Below, in pieces: positions 41,248 through 53,444 of a stretch of DNA of 64,000 nt (within the stretch, counting starts at the first letter, position 1; the number at the start of each line of letters is the position of its first letter). The notes under the pieces are model-generated. The model did not search any database. It was not told the DNA's origin and saw nothing but the letters and a program-made list of their open reading frames with translations. The DNA is from Eledone cirrhosa. Lineage: Eukaryota. The translations under genes were made by a program, and so were the position numbers. The stretch is from assembly GCA_964016885.1 (NCBI GenBank), contig OZ024743.1, positions 327,546,001-327,610,000 of the forward strand, given 5' to 3'.

Positions 41248-42266
41248 CTGAAAGTTCATAAAATATTAAATACCCATTAAAATACAATATTGGTTTTCAA
41301 CATAGGTACAAAGTCACAAAGTTGAGAGTGGTAGGTATAATTGATTAAATTAACTTCAGAACATCATAATTAATATAATGATCATCGCCATCATCATTTA
41401 ATGTCCATTTTCCCTGCTAGCATGTGTTGTATGGGTTGCCACAGACCAAGTCAGTACTTAGGTTCCTGACCTCTCAAATGGGCCAGGGGCTTGCGTCTCA
41501 GGTGCATTCAACGGTCTCACTGCACCAGAGAGATTGGGATGTCTTTGACACAACTGAAGAGTCCCATTAAAGTAAGTCTACCCCATGTCTAGAGGCTCAA
41601 GTTTATTCCAGTTTTATTGGCATTAAGCAATAGAAAATACAAGACTCCCTCTTGGACAGGATACTAGGCCTTCACAGTATGCTAGAATTTATTTTGTAGT
41701 TGAGTGGGCAGGAGCAACATGAAACAAAGTATCTTGCTCAAGGACACAACATGCCCCCAAATCCAGGAATTGAACCCATGACTTTATGATTGTAAGCACA
41801 ACATCTTAGCTAGCAGGTTTCACTCAGAACATGATTAGTAGTTTATTTTATTGACACCAGAAGGATGAAAAAGAAACTTGACCTCAGCAAGATTTGAACT
41901 GAGAATGTAAAGTGACATTATTAAATACAGGTAATAATAAAGCACCAGTAATGCACTGGGGTCGATTTAATCGACTTTCTTCTCCCCCAAAATTGCAGGC
42001 CTTGTGCCTAAAGTAGAAACAATTATTAAATACAGGTATCTTACCCAAAGCTTTATGGTTTTCAGATAAATATAAACATTTAAGAACAGTGAAAATTAGA
42101 GGTGGTTTGATATTAAAGTGTTAACATTTTTGATACTAAATCACTTGAAACAATCCTTGGTTTTATAATACAAAACTGCTTGTAAAATTCCATCATAATT
42201 TTATTAGAAATACAGTAACAAAAGTGTTAAGGAAAATCAGAAAAAATAATTGAAAGAATAACTTAC

Positions 42267-42382
42267 ATGATCACCATGAAGATGAGAAATAAATATTTTT
42301 GATATTTTGCCAGGTTTCACACAGCTTTTCATTAATTGAGTCTGGGAACCTTCTCCACAGTCAAACACCCAGCTATTTCCAT
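42267..42382 (-). CDS. ELAC1: ELAC1 coding exon 2
   Basis: (D)[38 protein letters not shown] with HxHxDH metal-binding motif; CAG acceptor, GTAAGT donor. Confidence 0.95.
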
Positions 42383-43235
42383 CTGATGATGATTATGGTG
42401 ATGATAATTATGATATGGAAGAAAAAATCAATCTGTAATTACTATTTTTATCATAAGGTGGAGTTCAAGCACATGAGTTAAATGTGCACAATTAAAAAAT
42501 ACTCTACATTAGAAACAGAACACCCTTTGCATATATCCTGGCAAATTTATATAACAAGACTCAAGTTTGTTTGCCTTGAAATAATTTTGTCAATTTCTCA
42601 ATCAATCTTCCCAAAATTTAGGAAATCCATCCAAATCCATCTTAGAATAATTCCTGAATGAAAAAGTTTAGGCTCCCAGCTCTCCCACGGTAAAAAAAGC
42701 TAATTTAAGAAAAATTGCAAGTTCTAATGGAGTGGGAGTGAGATAGTTAAGGAGTAAACTATTGTTCTGAAAAGGAACAAAAAAACAATGGAAAGTGAAT
42801 GTTTTTGTTTTAAAGCAGAACAGTCATTATTCTCCTTCATTCACTTTTTAAATGTTCTCACTTTCTCTCTCTTTCAGTGTTTCTCTTTTTCTCTCAACTC
42901 TTCCAAGAGATACATATAGATTCATATATATGCAGTACATGACTCTATGAGGATGTCTTTGTGCATGTAGATATTTGCATTTATATGTCTGTAAGTTGAT
43001 CCCAGTACTTGCTTGATACTATACTATCAATGTAGTAATGATGAAAAAACAAAATTGAACCCAGTGGCATTTGTCTTGTCTTTTCTATTATAATTCTATT
43101 CATATCTGAGATGTCTTCTAGGAAAATTAAATCAAACCAATACTTTAAATTAACTGCTACTTTAATTTTTCAAATGTGGAAGGATGAAAGGCAAAGCTGA
43201 CTTTAACAAGAATTAGGCTGAGAATATAGAGACAA

Positions 43236-43627
43236 TTAACCTTTTGATACAAAACAGCCCCTGGTTCTATGATAGAAAATTGTTTATTTTAGAGTGTATA
43301 TTTTAACTAGAAATTTGCTATCATAATCTATATATCTAAAACAGAGAATGTATCTCTGTCTGTCTGAATCCCTAAAACTCGAGAACCACCCAACCGATTT
43401 TCAAACTTTACACATGTAATACTTATGGTCGTGTGTGTGTTTTGAGCAAAAAATATTTCAAATTTTCAATGCCCTAGAGGCCGCATTATGCGCCGGTTAG
43501 CGATCTTTCTAGCTTTCTTAGTCTATCTTTTTAGATAGATACATAGCTATAACGTCGCACCCTTATAATATCTGTCTGTATGTTGACATTGACTTCGCTA
43601 TCTGTATGTGTGTATATATGTATATAT

Positions 43628-43667
<40 letters not shown>

Positions 43668-44239
43668 GTGTGTAACGTTTTTCGAAATATTTACTTCTGC
43701 GTTCAAAGATTGATTTTTTTTTAGTTTCAGAAGATCCCGTTAAGGGTGAAAGCAGCGATTCTTCGCTTAAACTTTAATCTGTTATTTTAATATATATATA
43801 TATATATATATAATTATATATTCGTGTACAGATATTTTTGCATACACAATAACAAAATATAAACAAATGTATTTATCTCACGAGGCTCGACAGCAGCAAA
43901 AACAACAACAAAAAAGAGAGGGAACGCAATAACATGCTTTTGAAAAATCTTAATGGAAAATTATTTGCCTATTCACCCAAGGTGACTTCACTTTTTATTA
44001 GGACTTCTGCATCAATTGGTGAACATACAACGAAACTGTTTCAGAAAGGAGGGATAAACATGCCAATCTATGTTTAGAATCCCGAGCAACGCCGGGCCAT
44101 TCTGCTAGTTTTATATAAAACACCATCTTAAAAATGAGAAGGCTATATTACTAAGTTCTTAAAAATTCTTGATAATTGTCAAAATTAATTGAAAATTATA
44201 GGCAGCATCTTTTATTAGAAATAGTAATGAAAGGGTTAA
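43236..44239. mobile_element. TTAA-flanked MITE (piggyBac-like) interrupted by a Helitron
   Basis: TTAACCTTTT ... AAAGGGTTAA termini; related copies at ~19926-20333, ~21168-21373, 33368-33581, ~44292-44540 and ~44862-45093. Confidence 0.75.
43327..44108 (+). mobile_element. Non-autonomous Helitron
   Basis: A|TC start, CCCGAGCAACGCCGGG hairpin ~12 nt before CTAG|T, no TSD. Confidence 0.88.
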
Positions 44240-45475
44240 AAACTGCAAGGCATCTCATCTATTACTCTACCATTTCTGCTATCCATCACCTTTAGCCCCT
44301 TTGATACCAAACTGACCCCTGTGCTATGATACTAAATTGTTTGTTTTAAAGCATTTTTGTTTGTCTAAAAACCTTTCACATAATTTTATGTAAGAATCTT
44401 TGTTTAGCTATGTTTCAAATACTAACATGATGAAAAAGTTAGCTATATTACTAAATCTTTCCAAATTTTGGATTATTTTCAATATCATTTGAAAATCATA
44501 GGCAGTCTCATTCATCAGAAATATGGTAATGAAGGTGTATGGTGAGAAAGGTGAAACAATAAACCATATTATTAGTGAACGTAAGATGCTTGCACTGAAA
44601 GAGTACAAGAGAAGGCATGACATTGCCATATTGGTTCAGCTGTGCCATAAGTATGACATGAGCAGTGTTATGAATGATAATAATAGTAATAGTAATAATT
44701 GCTTCTAATTTAGGCATAAGGCCAGCACTTGACTGGTACTTTATTTTACGAAGCCCAGAAGGACGTAAGACAAAGTTGGTCACTGTGGGAGTTTTAACTC
44801 AGACTGTAAAAAGCCACAGATATTAACACACATGCTCTAACAATTCTGCCATTCCACCACCATTAACCCTTTTGTGATCATATTTCTAATGAAGTACATT
44901 CCATTTCAATTAATTTATGAAGATCTTTGCTGGATTTCCTAAAATGATTAATTCTTTCATTCCTAAGACTTAACATGTGGTACTGATATAAAATTATGTT
45001 GGAAGATGCAATTTAAATAGAAATTATTTAAAATAGTTAGTTTGGTTTCCCAGAACCATAAACGGGTTTAGTTAGGCTGATAACAAGAGGATTAATGGTA
45101 GTAGTGATTTCTGATTCAGGCACAAGACCAGTAATTTTGGAGAAGAGAAAAGTCAGTTATATCAACCCCTGTACTTTGCAGGTACTTATCGACCCTGGGA
45201 GGATTGAAGGCAAAGTTGACCTTGGTAGGATAATAATAACGAAATTATTGTGTACAGTGCTCAGGTGCACTACAACTCGTCAAAGGTGCATGTATAGTAC
45301 ATAGAATAATATACAAATGTCAGGGAAGTGAATAGTGAAAACTGGTACTTATTTTACCAACCTCAGTGGGAGTTGAACTTAACATAACTAAATACCACAG
45401 GGCCATAACAGTGAGTGCATTAAGCTTGCATGGGGCTCCTGACTAAACATTTCACTGGACCATTTGTATAGTGTA

Positions 45476-45506
<31 letters not shown>

Positions 45507-45962
45507 TTAGGCTCTATAAATACCTGGAGCCTTTGGTTATAGTTCAGACAGTTTCCCCTTTCTTAATTCACCACTGGGCCATGCATAAAAGAGTATAATT
45601 GATTTTTTTTCGAACTCTTCACCTATAAATCGAAAACTTATTTGAACTGTTAGGGTGACAAAACTTTCGAACCACCCTGTACATTCTTCAATGTCTTTTT
45701 CTTTTTTTAAGACAGTAAGGAGTAATTTGTGACCTGCTACTTCTAGTAGGTCGAGTGACACCACACAGAGACCCAACAATGGAATTAAAATGATATGGCA
45801 ACATTTGTCTCTTATTTCTCCCATATTTCGATTTTTTCACAAGATATGCGTGATAAAGGGTCTTCCTCTTGTGTAGATATTACACAATAATTTTTATTAT
45901 CATTAATATTATTATTATGAAGATGTACTATTTTAACAGTTCAGTTAACATAAATGATAAGA

Positions 45963-46160
45963 AACTTGTCTGGGGTACGATTCTCCAGGCTAAATATCGC
46001 AAGCTGTCGAACCCATAATAATGGAAATATCTGCCGCCCTGGGTCCCTGAACTACCTTCCTACTTACTGCGAAGTGGATGAAGATGGCAAGCCGCAAGCA
46101 CTAGCTCTGAGACTTGGACTGGCTCTTACAGCGTATCCTCCGGGTCCATGAAGCAACATC
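45963..46160 (-). ncRNA. Candidate intronic structured RNA (H/ACA-like?), unassigned
   Basis: GC-rich single-copy island in an AT-rich ELAC1 intron; in host sense it ends in a hairpin followed by ACA-AGT; no family recognised with confidence. Confidence 0.3.
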
Positions 46161-46509
46161 TATTTGATGTTTTGCAAAGGACATGAAAGGATATAATATA
46201 TTATTGTTAGAAGATTTAGTTGACATAAATAGGATTTAAAGACGAAGCTTTACAACAGTATATAGTTTCTGTTTTCTAAACCAAACTATAGTTTTAGAGT
46301 TAACTTATCTTTTATCACACAGCACGTGTGAAATTAACTCAAGCCACACTAGCTTCATTCCACAAGAAATATATGACTAAGTGAAGTAACTTATCACAAA
46401 GCAAACAGGTAGTTGAGAAATGACACGAATTTCAAATTTAAGTAGAGTATGATGACAAGAAAAGGTCCTTAATAAATATTATCAAGTATCATATTATGAA
46501 TAATATTAC

Positions 46510-46594
46510 CGTTCTGTAAAACAAGACATGAAGCCCCTCTATGTGGAGAAGGGTAAGCAGCACCGGTCCCTAAAAATATAACTTTTAAAGACAT
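46510..46594 (-). CDS. ELAC1: Zinc phosphodiesterase ELAC1 / tRNase Z short form, coding exon 1
   Basis: MSLKVIFLGTGAAYPSPHRGASCLVLQN; donor G|GTAATA; not in the ORF track (too short). Confidence 0.93.
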
Positions 46595-46877
46595 TTTATA
46601 GAAACCAACTAAAATGATTAGATTTCTTTAGTCATGAATAATTATTCCTAATTCTATTAAAACATTCAATGTGAATCGTACACGTGAAACGACTGAAAAT
46701 GGTTAGGCGATTGCAATGTATTACCTCCCTTGACTGTACTAAAACTTAACTTCCTTTAATATTTGGCAGATAACTTGTTTTTTGTATATTGGTGCGTACA
46801 TTATCTTTATTATACATAACCATATTGTATATGCCTTTATTATGAATCACTCTGTGTTAGTGCTACTGATAATTAAT

Positions 46878-47057
46878 TGTTTCTACTTTTGGCACAAGGC
46901 CAGCAATCACCTAGTACATTACTGGTACTTTATCTCATCGACCCCGCAAGGATGAAAGGCAAAGTTAACCTTGGCAGGATTTGAACTCAGACCATAAAGG
47001 GCCGTAACTCTTTGCTGCAAAGCATGGCGTCCGACTCTCTACTGATACTGCCAATCC
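46878..47057 (-). mobile_element. SINE S2 with 19-bp TSD
   Basis: AGTGCTACTGATAATTAAT at 46859 and 47058. Confidence 0.92.
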
Positions 47058-47674
47058 AGTGCTACTGATAATTAATACTAGCCCGTCAAACCCATACTAT
47101 TACAGGAATGACAGGCAAGTATGGGTCTGCCCCATTTTAACTTCTTTATTGATATAAAATTAATAAAGAAATTCTTTTGGTTATATTTGTGAGAAATACT
47201 CTGGTGTACTGTGAATCACACATATAAGCATATAAGCATGAGCTATTCTTCTTGCTATAACAATATTGTCTTTTTTAGTTGACAGAATTGTTACTATATC
47301 GGACGAAACGCTTTGCCAAATTTCGTTAGGGCTCTCTAAACCCTGAGTTCAACTCCCACCGAGGTCAGCTTTGCCTTTCATCCTTACGGGGTTGATAAAA
47401 TAAAGTACCGGTGACGCACTGGAGTCGATTTAATCGACTTTTCCCTTCCTTTCAAATTGCTGGTAATGTGCCACAAGCAGAAACAGTCTTGCTATCATTC
47501 ATTAGTTTGTGTAACTAAAAGAAAAACAGCGTCTGGAAAATAGTAATCACAATTATTTTAATTATCATCAAAACAACCACCACCACCACCACCAGCAGCA
47601 AAAAAAAACATTTCAAAACTTGTTTTTCTTTTTCAACTTCTCTACATTAGTCTCGCTCCCTTTCACTACAAATT

Positions 47675-48872
47675 AACGTGCTATCATACCGCTTGACAGT
47701 CGTGCCTTGTCTCCGCGAATACCTCACCAAAATGGAACGCCTACTCTTCAAGTTCCTCTGGAAGAAACAGGCTCCATTGGTGAAGAGATCCATCTGCTGT
47801 CAACGCCCTTCTAACGGGGGGGGGGGGGGGGCATGCCGTGGCTGATGATGCGCAAACACGCGCTGAGGCTACGCCATCTCCAGGTATTCCTAACCGGCGA
47901 ACCGGTGTGGCTGTCGTTTGTGAGACGAACTCTTCCACAACCCGTCTCACTAATAGAGCTGCAGTCCTGGGTCAAGCGAAGACCGAAAATAGGCGCCTGG
48001 CACCTCAGGCACTCACAGCCCTCTACCAAGCGGAAACGGCAATCTGCGGAGACTCCACTTCGACATTCTATAGGGGATTAGTGGAGGATAAGTGCGACGA
48101 CGTTCTCGGGGAAACTCTAGGCACCGAGGAAGACGAACTGACCAGTCTGTTCGGGAGGACTTTCCGTCCAGGGCCTATGGATAACTTCCAAGAGATCTGG
48201 CCTGGCAGTGCTACTGAGGAGCTCTACCAGTTCGAGACAAAATCTACAGGCACGGACGCACTGGCAGAGATCCTACCAAGGGTGGAATTATGTCGAACAG
48301 CTATTGTCACGTGTAGGACGCATCCAGTTGTCAGCCGAGTCCATCGTGAAGATCACCCCGCCGCCTTCATTTAAGAATGAAGGAGACGCGGTCTTTCCCT
48401 GTCTGGTGGCTATGGCGAAAGAGGTAATATGGTGGACGAGGTTAAAAGGACTGAGGGCAAGCACCTTTCTCTCTGGACAACAATTCATCCCCTTCTTTAA
48501 GTACCACTTCAGAAGGAATGAGTGGAGAGAGAGGTGCTACACCCCAGTGAATTCGCTGAAAGGTGGGTGAATGTGGCGAAAATGGCCCGAGTGAATGGGC
48601 CTTCTCTGTATATAAACCTGTAGGTTGAGGAAGATAAACAAAGGGAAGACGGGAACACCTACAAAACGTGTTCCTGGTGTTGAGGGTTGTTCTATCCACG
48701 GGGTGTAAAACAACCCCGCAGTAGTGTTACTCCCCACCTAATGGGGGTTTCAATTGTTTTATTTTTATATAGTTTATTGTTATTTATCATTGTTAAAGAT
48801 TTTATGTAAAACTCCCGCCGTCACGTCTTGTAATGTCCTATTTTTGTGCTCCCCTGTGGCAAATAAAGAAAG
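47675..48872 (+). mobile_element. L1/Tx1-clade LINE 3' fragment
   Basis: ERLLFKFLW...VKRSICCQRP..GG.GMP, DLAWQCY*GALPVRDK, AKEVIWWTR resemble the L1/Tx1 ORF2 C-terminus; ends AATAAAGAAAG. Confidence 0.72.
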
Positions 48873-49332
48873 ATATCAATTAATTATTGATAGGAGCCTC
48901 ACAAATATATAATCAAATCGAGAAAAAACAAAAAACAACAACAAAGTATCAATTCAACACTAAGTGCACCAATCGGCCATACACCACATTGCTCCTCGTA
49001 GCACAAGGCGTATTGGAAATCTTTGAAGCAAGCCACCACGCTAGCAGCATCATCGCGGCTGATGGCGAGGTATTTCAATTGTATAAGTCTTATTGTTTGG
49101 CTTTAATTTTGGGGGCCAACTGTATTATCAGAAGGCCCGTTTGTCAGAAGACCCGTTCATCAGAACTTCAGTAGTCAGAAGGCGATGAATATATTGCTAA
49201 ATGTATAAATAAATAAGGACTTTCGTTTTCTTCTCCCAGGAAATAACTTCCGTTTTCTTTTTCCAGAAAGCTCTTGTAAAACAACTTTCTTTCAAATGTC
49301 ACTACATTTATGTGTTATGGTATCTTGAAATA

Positions 49333-49359
49333 ATGGCAAACTTGGAAGTATATTTCAGG
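49333..49359 (+). other. Putative first exon segment of the LRR gene (ATG to strong donor)
   Basis: ATGGCAAACTTGGAAGTATATTTCAGG|GTGAGT; ETS-like ACTTCCG ~80 nt upstream; coding status uncertain. Confidence 0.4.
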
Positions 49360-50095
49360 GTGAGTTTAGCTACAAAAAGATAGCTAAAGCCATCTATTGC
49401 CGTTGCTGGCAGAAAGCATGTGGACTAAGTGTTAGAAACATTGATATCGATAGAGAAACTTTCATCAAAGAAGTTCTTCACAAATCTCACCCTTCATATG
49501 GTGAAGATGATAGCAAATTGCTATACATCAACTGAAAGAAACTATGCGAAAATGCCTCCCCCGCCAAAAAAACAAAAAACACAAAAAAAAACTACATGGT
49601 GACAGCAGCAATGAGGAGGTGACAGAGAGCAACTCCCAGAGTCTCATAGTATTTGCACATTAATTCAAAGAGCCAGAAGTGTCTTCGTTCTTCCAATACA
49701 TGGCCACACGAAACGTTTCTGTTACAACTTGAACAATCCTGTATTTTAGACGGACGAAAATCTAAAGAGGTTCAAAACTGTCATGGCTTGTATGTGAACG
49801 GTACAGTCTGATCATGTCCGTCATCTTACAAGCAATTCTTCACAATTCATGGAAGATACAGAGACAGTTCTCTCCTTTGCGACAACCCTCTTGGCCAGGA
49901 AACCAAGTGGTTATTACTATCAATTAAGAGAGATATTAAACGTTTCTCTGATCATTGGTGGATGCCAAACAGGATGGCGTGTGATTTTTAAGCAGTCATT
50001 TATCAGGCATCAATAAAACGAAGTACCTGTAAAATAGTCATGGACATTATATTTTGATAGAATGTTCAACAAGTTTGATCCTGAGTCTAAAGCAT

Positions 50096-50525
50096 TAACC
50101 ATGACAACGCGTTAAAAGAGCAATTTAAAGGGAGATAAATTATGCCCGGGGAATGGGATAAGTTATGGTAGATAATTGTCTCTACTTTAGGCACAAGGCC
50201 AGCAATTACCCAGTACATTACTGGTACTTTATTTTATCGACCCCCGTAAGGATGAAAGGCAAAGTCAACCTCGGCGGGATTTGAACTCAGATCGTAAAGA
50301 CGTTCCAGCATAGTTTCGTCCCTTTACGATATGAGTTCAAATCCCGCCGAGGTTGACTTTGCATTTCATCCTTACGGGGGTCGATAAAATATAGTACCAG
50401 TAATGTACTGAGTAATTGCTGGCCTTGTGCCTAAAGTAGAGACAATTATCTACCATAACTTTTCCCATTCCCCGGGCATAATTTGTCTCCCTTTAAATTG
50501 CTCTTTTAACGCGTTGTCATGGTTA
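50096..50525. repeat. Foldback inverted duplication containing SINE S2 plus ~80 bp of flank
   Basis: Arms 50096-50299 and 50322-50525, about 6 mismatches by manual count. Confidence 0.95.
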
Positions 50526-50889
50526 TTAGGTAGCGTCAACTTAACTTGAAACGCCAGGATTTCAACACTCGGGAAGTTTTGAACCGTTGCAATTTTACGG
50601 ATACATATTTTCAAATATCAAACAATATATCATTTTGCCATAGAGAATATATACTAAATAGCGAGTATGTGTATATATATATATATTTTTTTATTGCATT
50701 TTAAAAACAATTACTACCACATCTACTACTTATCGGCATCAAACATTTTCAGAAAGCAACACCACCATACCCTGTTGTAGCGTGTAATTCAATGTGTATG
50801 TCTTCTCTAGTTCTTTCTGACTCCTTTTTACTAATTTGTTTCGTAATTCATAAATCATAAAATCATTCATAAATCACATACATACATAG

Positions 50890-51193
50890 TGTTATATTTG
50901 GAGATGATCATATTGCCAATAGAAAGAAACACAGGCACCATATAATTTTCATTTTATCTTTATCTTTATTGTCTGTGATTCATTCATTTTTCAAAGTTCT
51001 TTCGTCACACATTCTGTGACCTCTTTCAATGACTATCTGTTTTGTGCTTCCTCTTTTTTTAAAAACTTATGCTCTATCTTGTGTTTGTTTTGTGGTGCGC
51101 ACTACAAACGAATGAATAACAGATAATAAAGATTAAGATAAAGTGAATGCGTGTTTCTTTCTATTGGCAATATGACCATGCCCAAATATAACA
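50890..51193. mobile_element. MITE-like element with ~100-bp imperfect terminal inverted repeats
   Basis: TGTTATATTTGG...TATTGCCAATAGAAAGAAACAC / GTGTTTCTTTCTATTGGCAATA...CCAAATATAACA. Confidence 0.65.
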
Positions 51194-51232
51194 ATATCGG
51201 TTTCAACACACGATTTCACATCAAGAATATTC

Positions 51233-51655
51233 TCTTCTTCTTCGCCCACTTATTCTTGAGAGGGTCGTGGGGGTAGAATCCTCAAACACTCCTTCCAGCA
51301 GGTCCTGTCAGAAGCAACCGTCTCCAACTGATCTGGCTAGATCCCCAAGTGAGACCAGCCAAGCTCATGGATGTTATCCAACCATCTTGCTTAGGGTCTA
51401 CCTCTGGGTCTCCTACTAGTTGGTTTTGTCTGTAAAATCTGTCCAGCAATTCTTTCCTGAGACATTCTAACCACACACCCATAATATCGGAGCTGTGATC
51501 TCTCGATTCAGAGAATCAGCTGCTCTACCTGAAGTGACTCTTTGAATACCGAGCTATGCTCTCTATCGAGTAACGTTACTCCAAAGACCCTTTGAAGGAA
51601 CCCCATTTCGGCACTTATATTCGCGATCGTATTCTTTCGGTCATTATCCATGTGT
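51233..51655 (-). mobile_element. RTE-like LINE 3' fragment of another family with a (GAA)n tail
   Basis: Degenerate QLR..G.., RPR.RPKTRWLDNI-like C-terminus on the minus strand; (TCT)n on +. Confidence 0.6.
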
Positions 51656-51833
51656 AATAGGTGCAAGGGAGTACTCAGCAGAAAGGGTACTGATGAAATA
51701 AACTCTCAAATTTTCAGAATGCTCGCTAGAAGTAGTTGAAAGCCTCCACTATCTAAGTGATCTCATATATCACACATGCCTATGTAATGTATCAATGTTA
51801 TGTTTATACAGTTGCAGGTAATTCTTCAAGTGG

Positions 51834-52043
51834 ATGAATATGAAATTAGCAAAGAAAAGAACAGAAATAAAACCGGAAAAAGTGAATAAAAAGGAAGAGG
51901 AAAAGGCACTGAAATCTATTGCAACTATGAAAAGACTTTTGAACGTGTATACCCAAATTTGCTCAGATACTAAGTCAGAAGTATGTCCATGGGTAAAAAA
52001 AGCAATATTAAAGAGCATCAGTGAAGGATCTCTTTTGAAAAAG
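51834..52043 (+). CDS. Uncharacterised RNI-like leucine-rich-repeat protein, Lys-rich N-terminal exon
   Basis: MNMKLAKKRTE...RLLNVYTQIC...SLLKK; donor AAG|GTTATA, phase 0, joins in frame to 53304. Confidence 0.65.
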
Positions 52044-52099
52044 GTTATATTTTATGGATCTTTTACTGCTTTTGATTTTTTGCTGATTAGTGTGGGATA

Positions 52100-53190
52100 A
52101 AAGGCACCCAGTACACTGTAAAGTGGAAGTACTGGTTCCAGAATCAAATGCACTCAGTACTCTCTGTAAAGTGGTAGTGCTGGTATCAAAATAAAATACA
52201 CCGAGAACACTCTGTAAAGTGGAAGTGCTGGTGCCATGATAATATTCACTCAGTACATTCTGTAAGATAATAATGCGGGTACACTCTGTAAAGTGATAGT
52301 GCTGGAGTCATGCTAAAATGCACTCAGTACACTGTAAAGTGGTAGCACTAGTGCCACAATCAAATGCACCCTGTATACTCTGTAAAGTAGTAGTGCTAGT
52401 ACCATGATAAAATGTACTTAGTACATTCTGTAAAGTAGTAGGCGCATGGCTTTGTTGTTAGGGAATTCAACTCATGATTGTAAGGTCGTGAGTTTGATTC
52501 CCAGCGGTGCGCTGTGTTCTTGAGCAAGTCACTTTATTTCACATTGCTCCAGTTTGCTCAGCTGGAAAAAATAAGTTGTACCTGTAATTCGAAGGGCTTG
52601 CCTTGTCACATTCTGTGTCATTCTGAATCTCCCTGAGATTCGGCATGACACAGAGACTACATTAAGGGTACGCGTATTTGTGGAATGCTCAGCGACTTGC
52701 ACATTAATTTCATGAGCAGGCTGTTCCGCTGATCGGATCAACTGGAACACTCATTGTTGTAACTGACAGAGTGCCTTCCATTCCAAAGTAGTACTATTTG
52801 TGACATGATAAAATGCACCCATTACGGTCTGTTAGGTAGTTATGCTGTAGCCATGATAACATGCATACTGTACACTCTGTCAAGTGATAGTACTGATGCC
52901 ACAATAAAATACAACCAGTCCATTCTGTAAAATGGTAGTGCTGGTACTACGATAAAATACACCCAGTCAACTCTGTAGAGTGTTAGTGCTGATGCCACGA
53001 TAAAATGTTTCCAGTATATGCAGTAAAGTGGTTGGCATTAGCAAAGGCAACTAGCTGTAGAAACCATGTCAAAATGGAACATATGAGAAAGGTATGGTCA
53101 TCTATTCTGTCTAGTCACAGGATGTGCCAAGCCGTCTAACACATGCCAACATGGAAAATGGACATTAAATGATGATGATGGTGATGATAA
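52100..53190 (+). repeat. 48-bp minisatellite array (~13 units) ending in an RTE-type tail
   Basis: TGTAAAGTGG-like units at 52117, 52165, 52213, 52261 and onward; ends ...CATGGAAAATGGACATTAAATGATGATGATG. Confidence 0.85.
52441..52784 (+). mobile_element. SINE S3 inserted in the minisatellite, TSD AAAGTAGTA
   Basis: TSD at 52432-52440 and 52785-52793; (TTCCA) tail. Confidence 0.88.
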
Positions 53191-53303
53191 CGATTTATAA
53201 GACCATGCCTGTTACCTACTATATGCACATATTTTATTATACAAAATCTATATTAAAAAAAATACTAAACATTTCTTTAGAAGTGTTATTTTGTTATTCA
53301 TAG

Positions 53304-53444
53304 TTTATCATTGAGCAATCAATAACTGAAACCCCTGTGTTATTTGAACCCTTGATTGCTGCCATAAGAACTATCTACTACCAATTTTTAAATCATCTAT
53401 ATGTTTGGAACTATCCTTTGTCGCTTGAAAATATATGTACCTTG
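53304..53444 (+). CDS. LRR protein exon
   Basis: TAG|FIIEQ...LNHLYVWNYPLSLENICTL|GTAAGT; 141 nt, phase 0/0. Confidence 0.78.

Noticed and set aside
45963-46500. Telomerase RNA or RNase P/MRP RNA as the identity of the GC island
   Set aside because: No CTAACCC template upstream on either strand and no matching P4 (CR-I/CR-V) pair
52100-53030. CRISPR-like regularly spaced repeats
   Set aside because: Contiguous degenerate 48-bp tandem units without unique spacers, no cas genes, eukaryotic context
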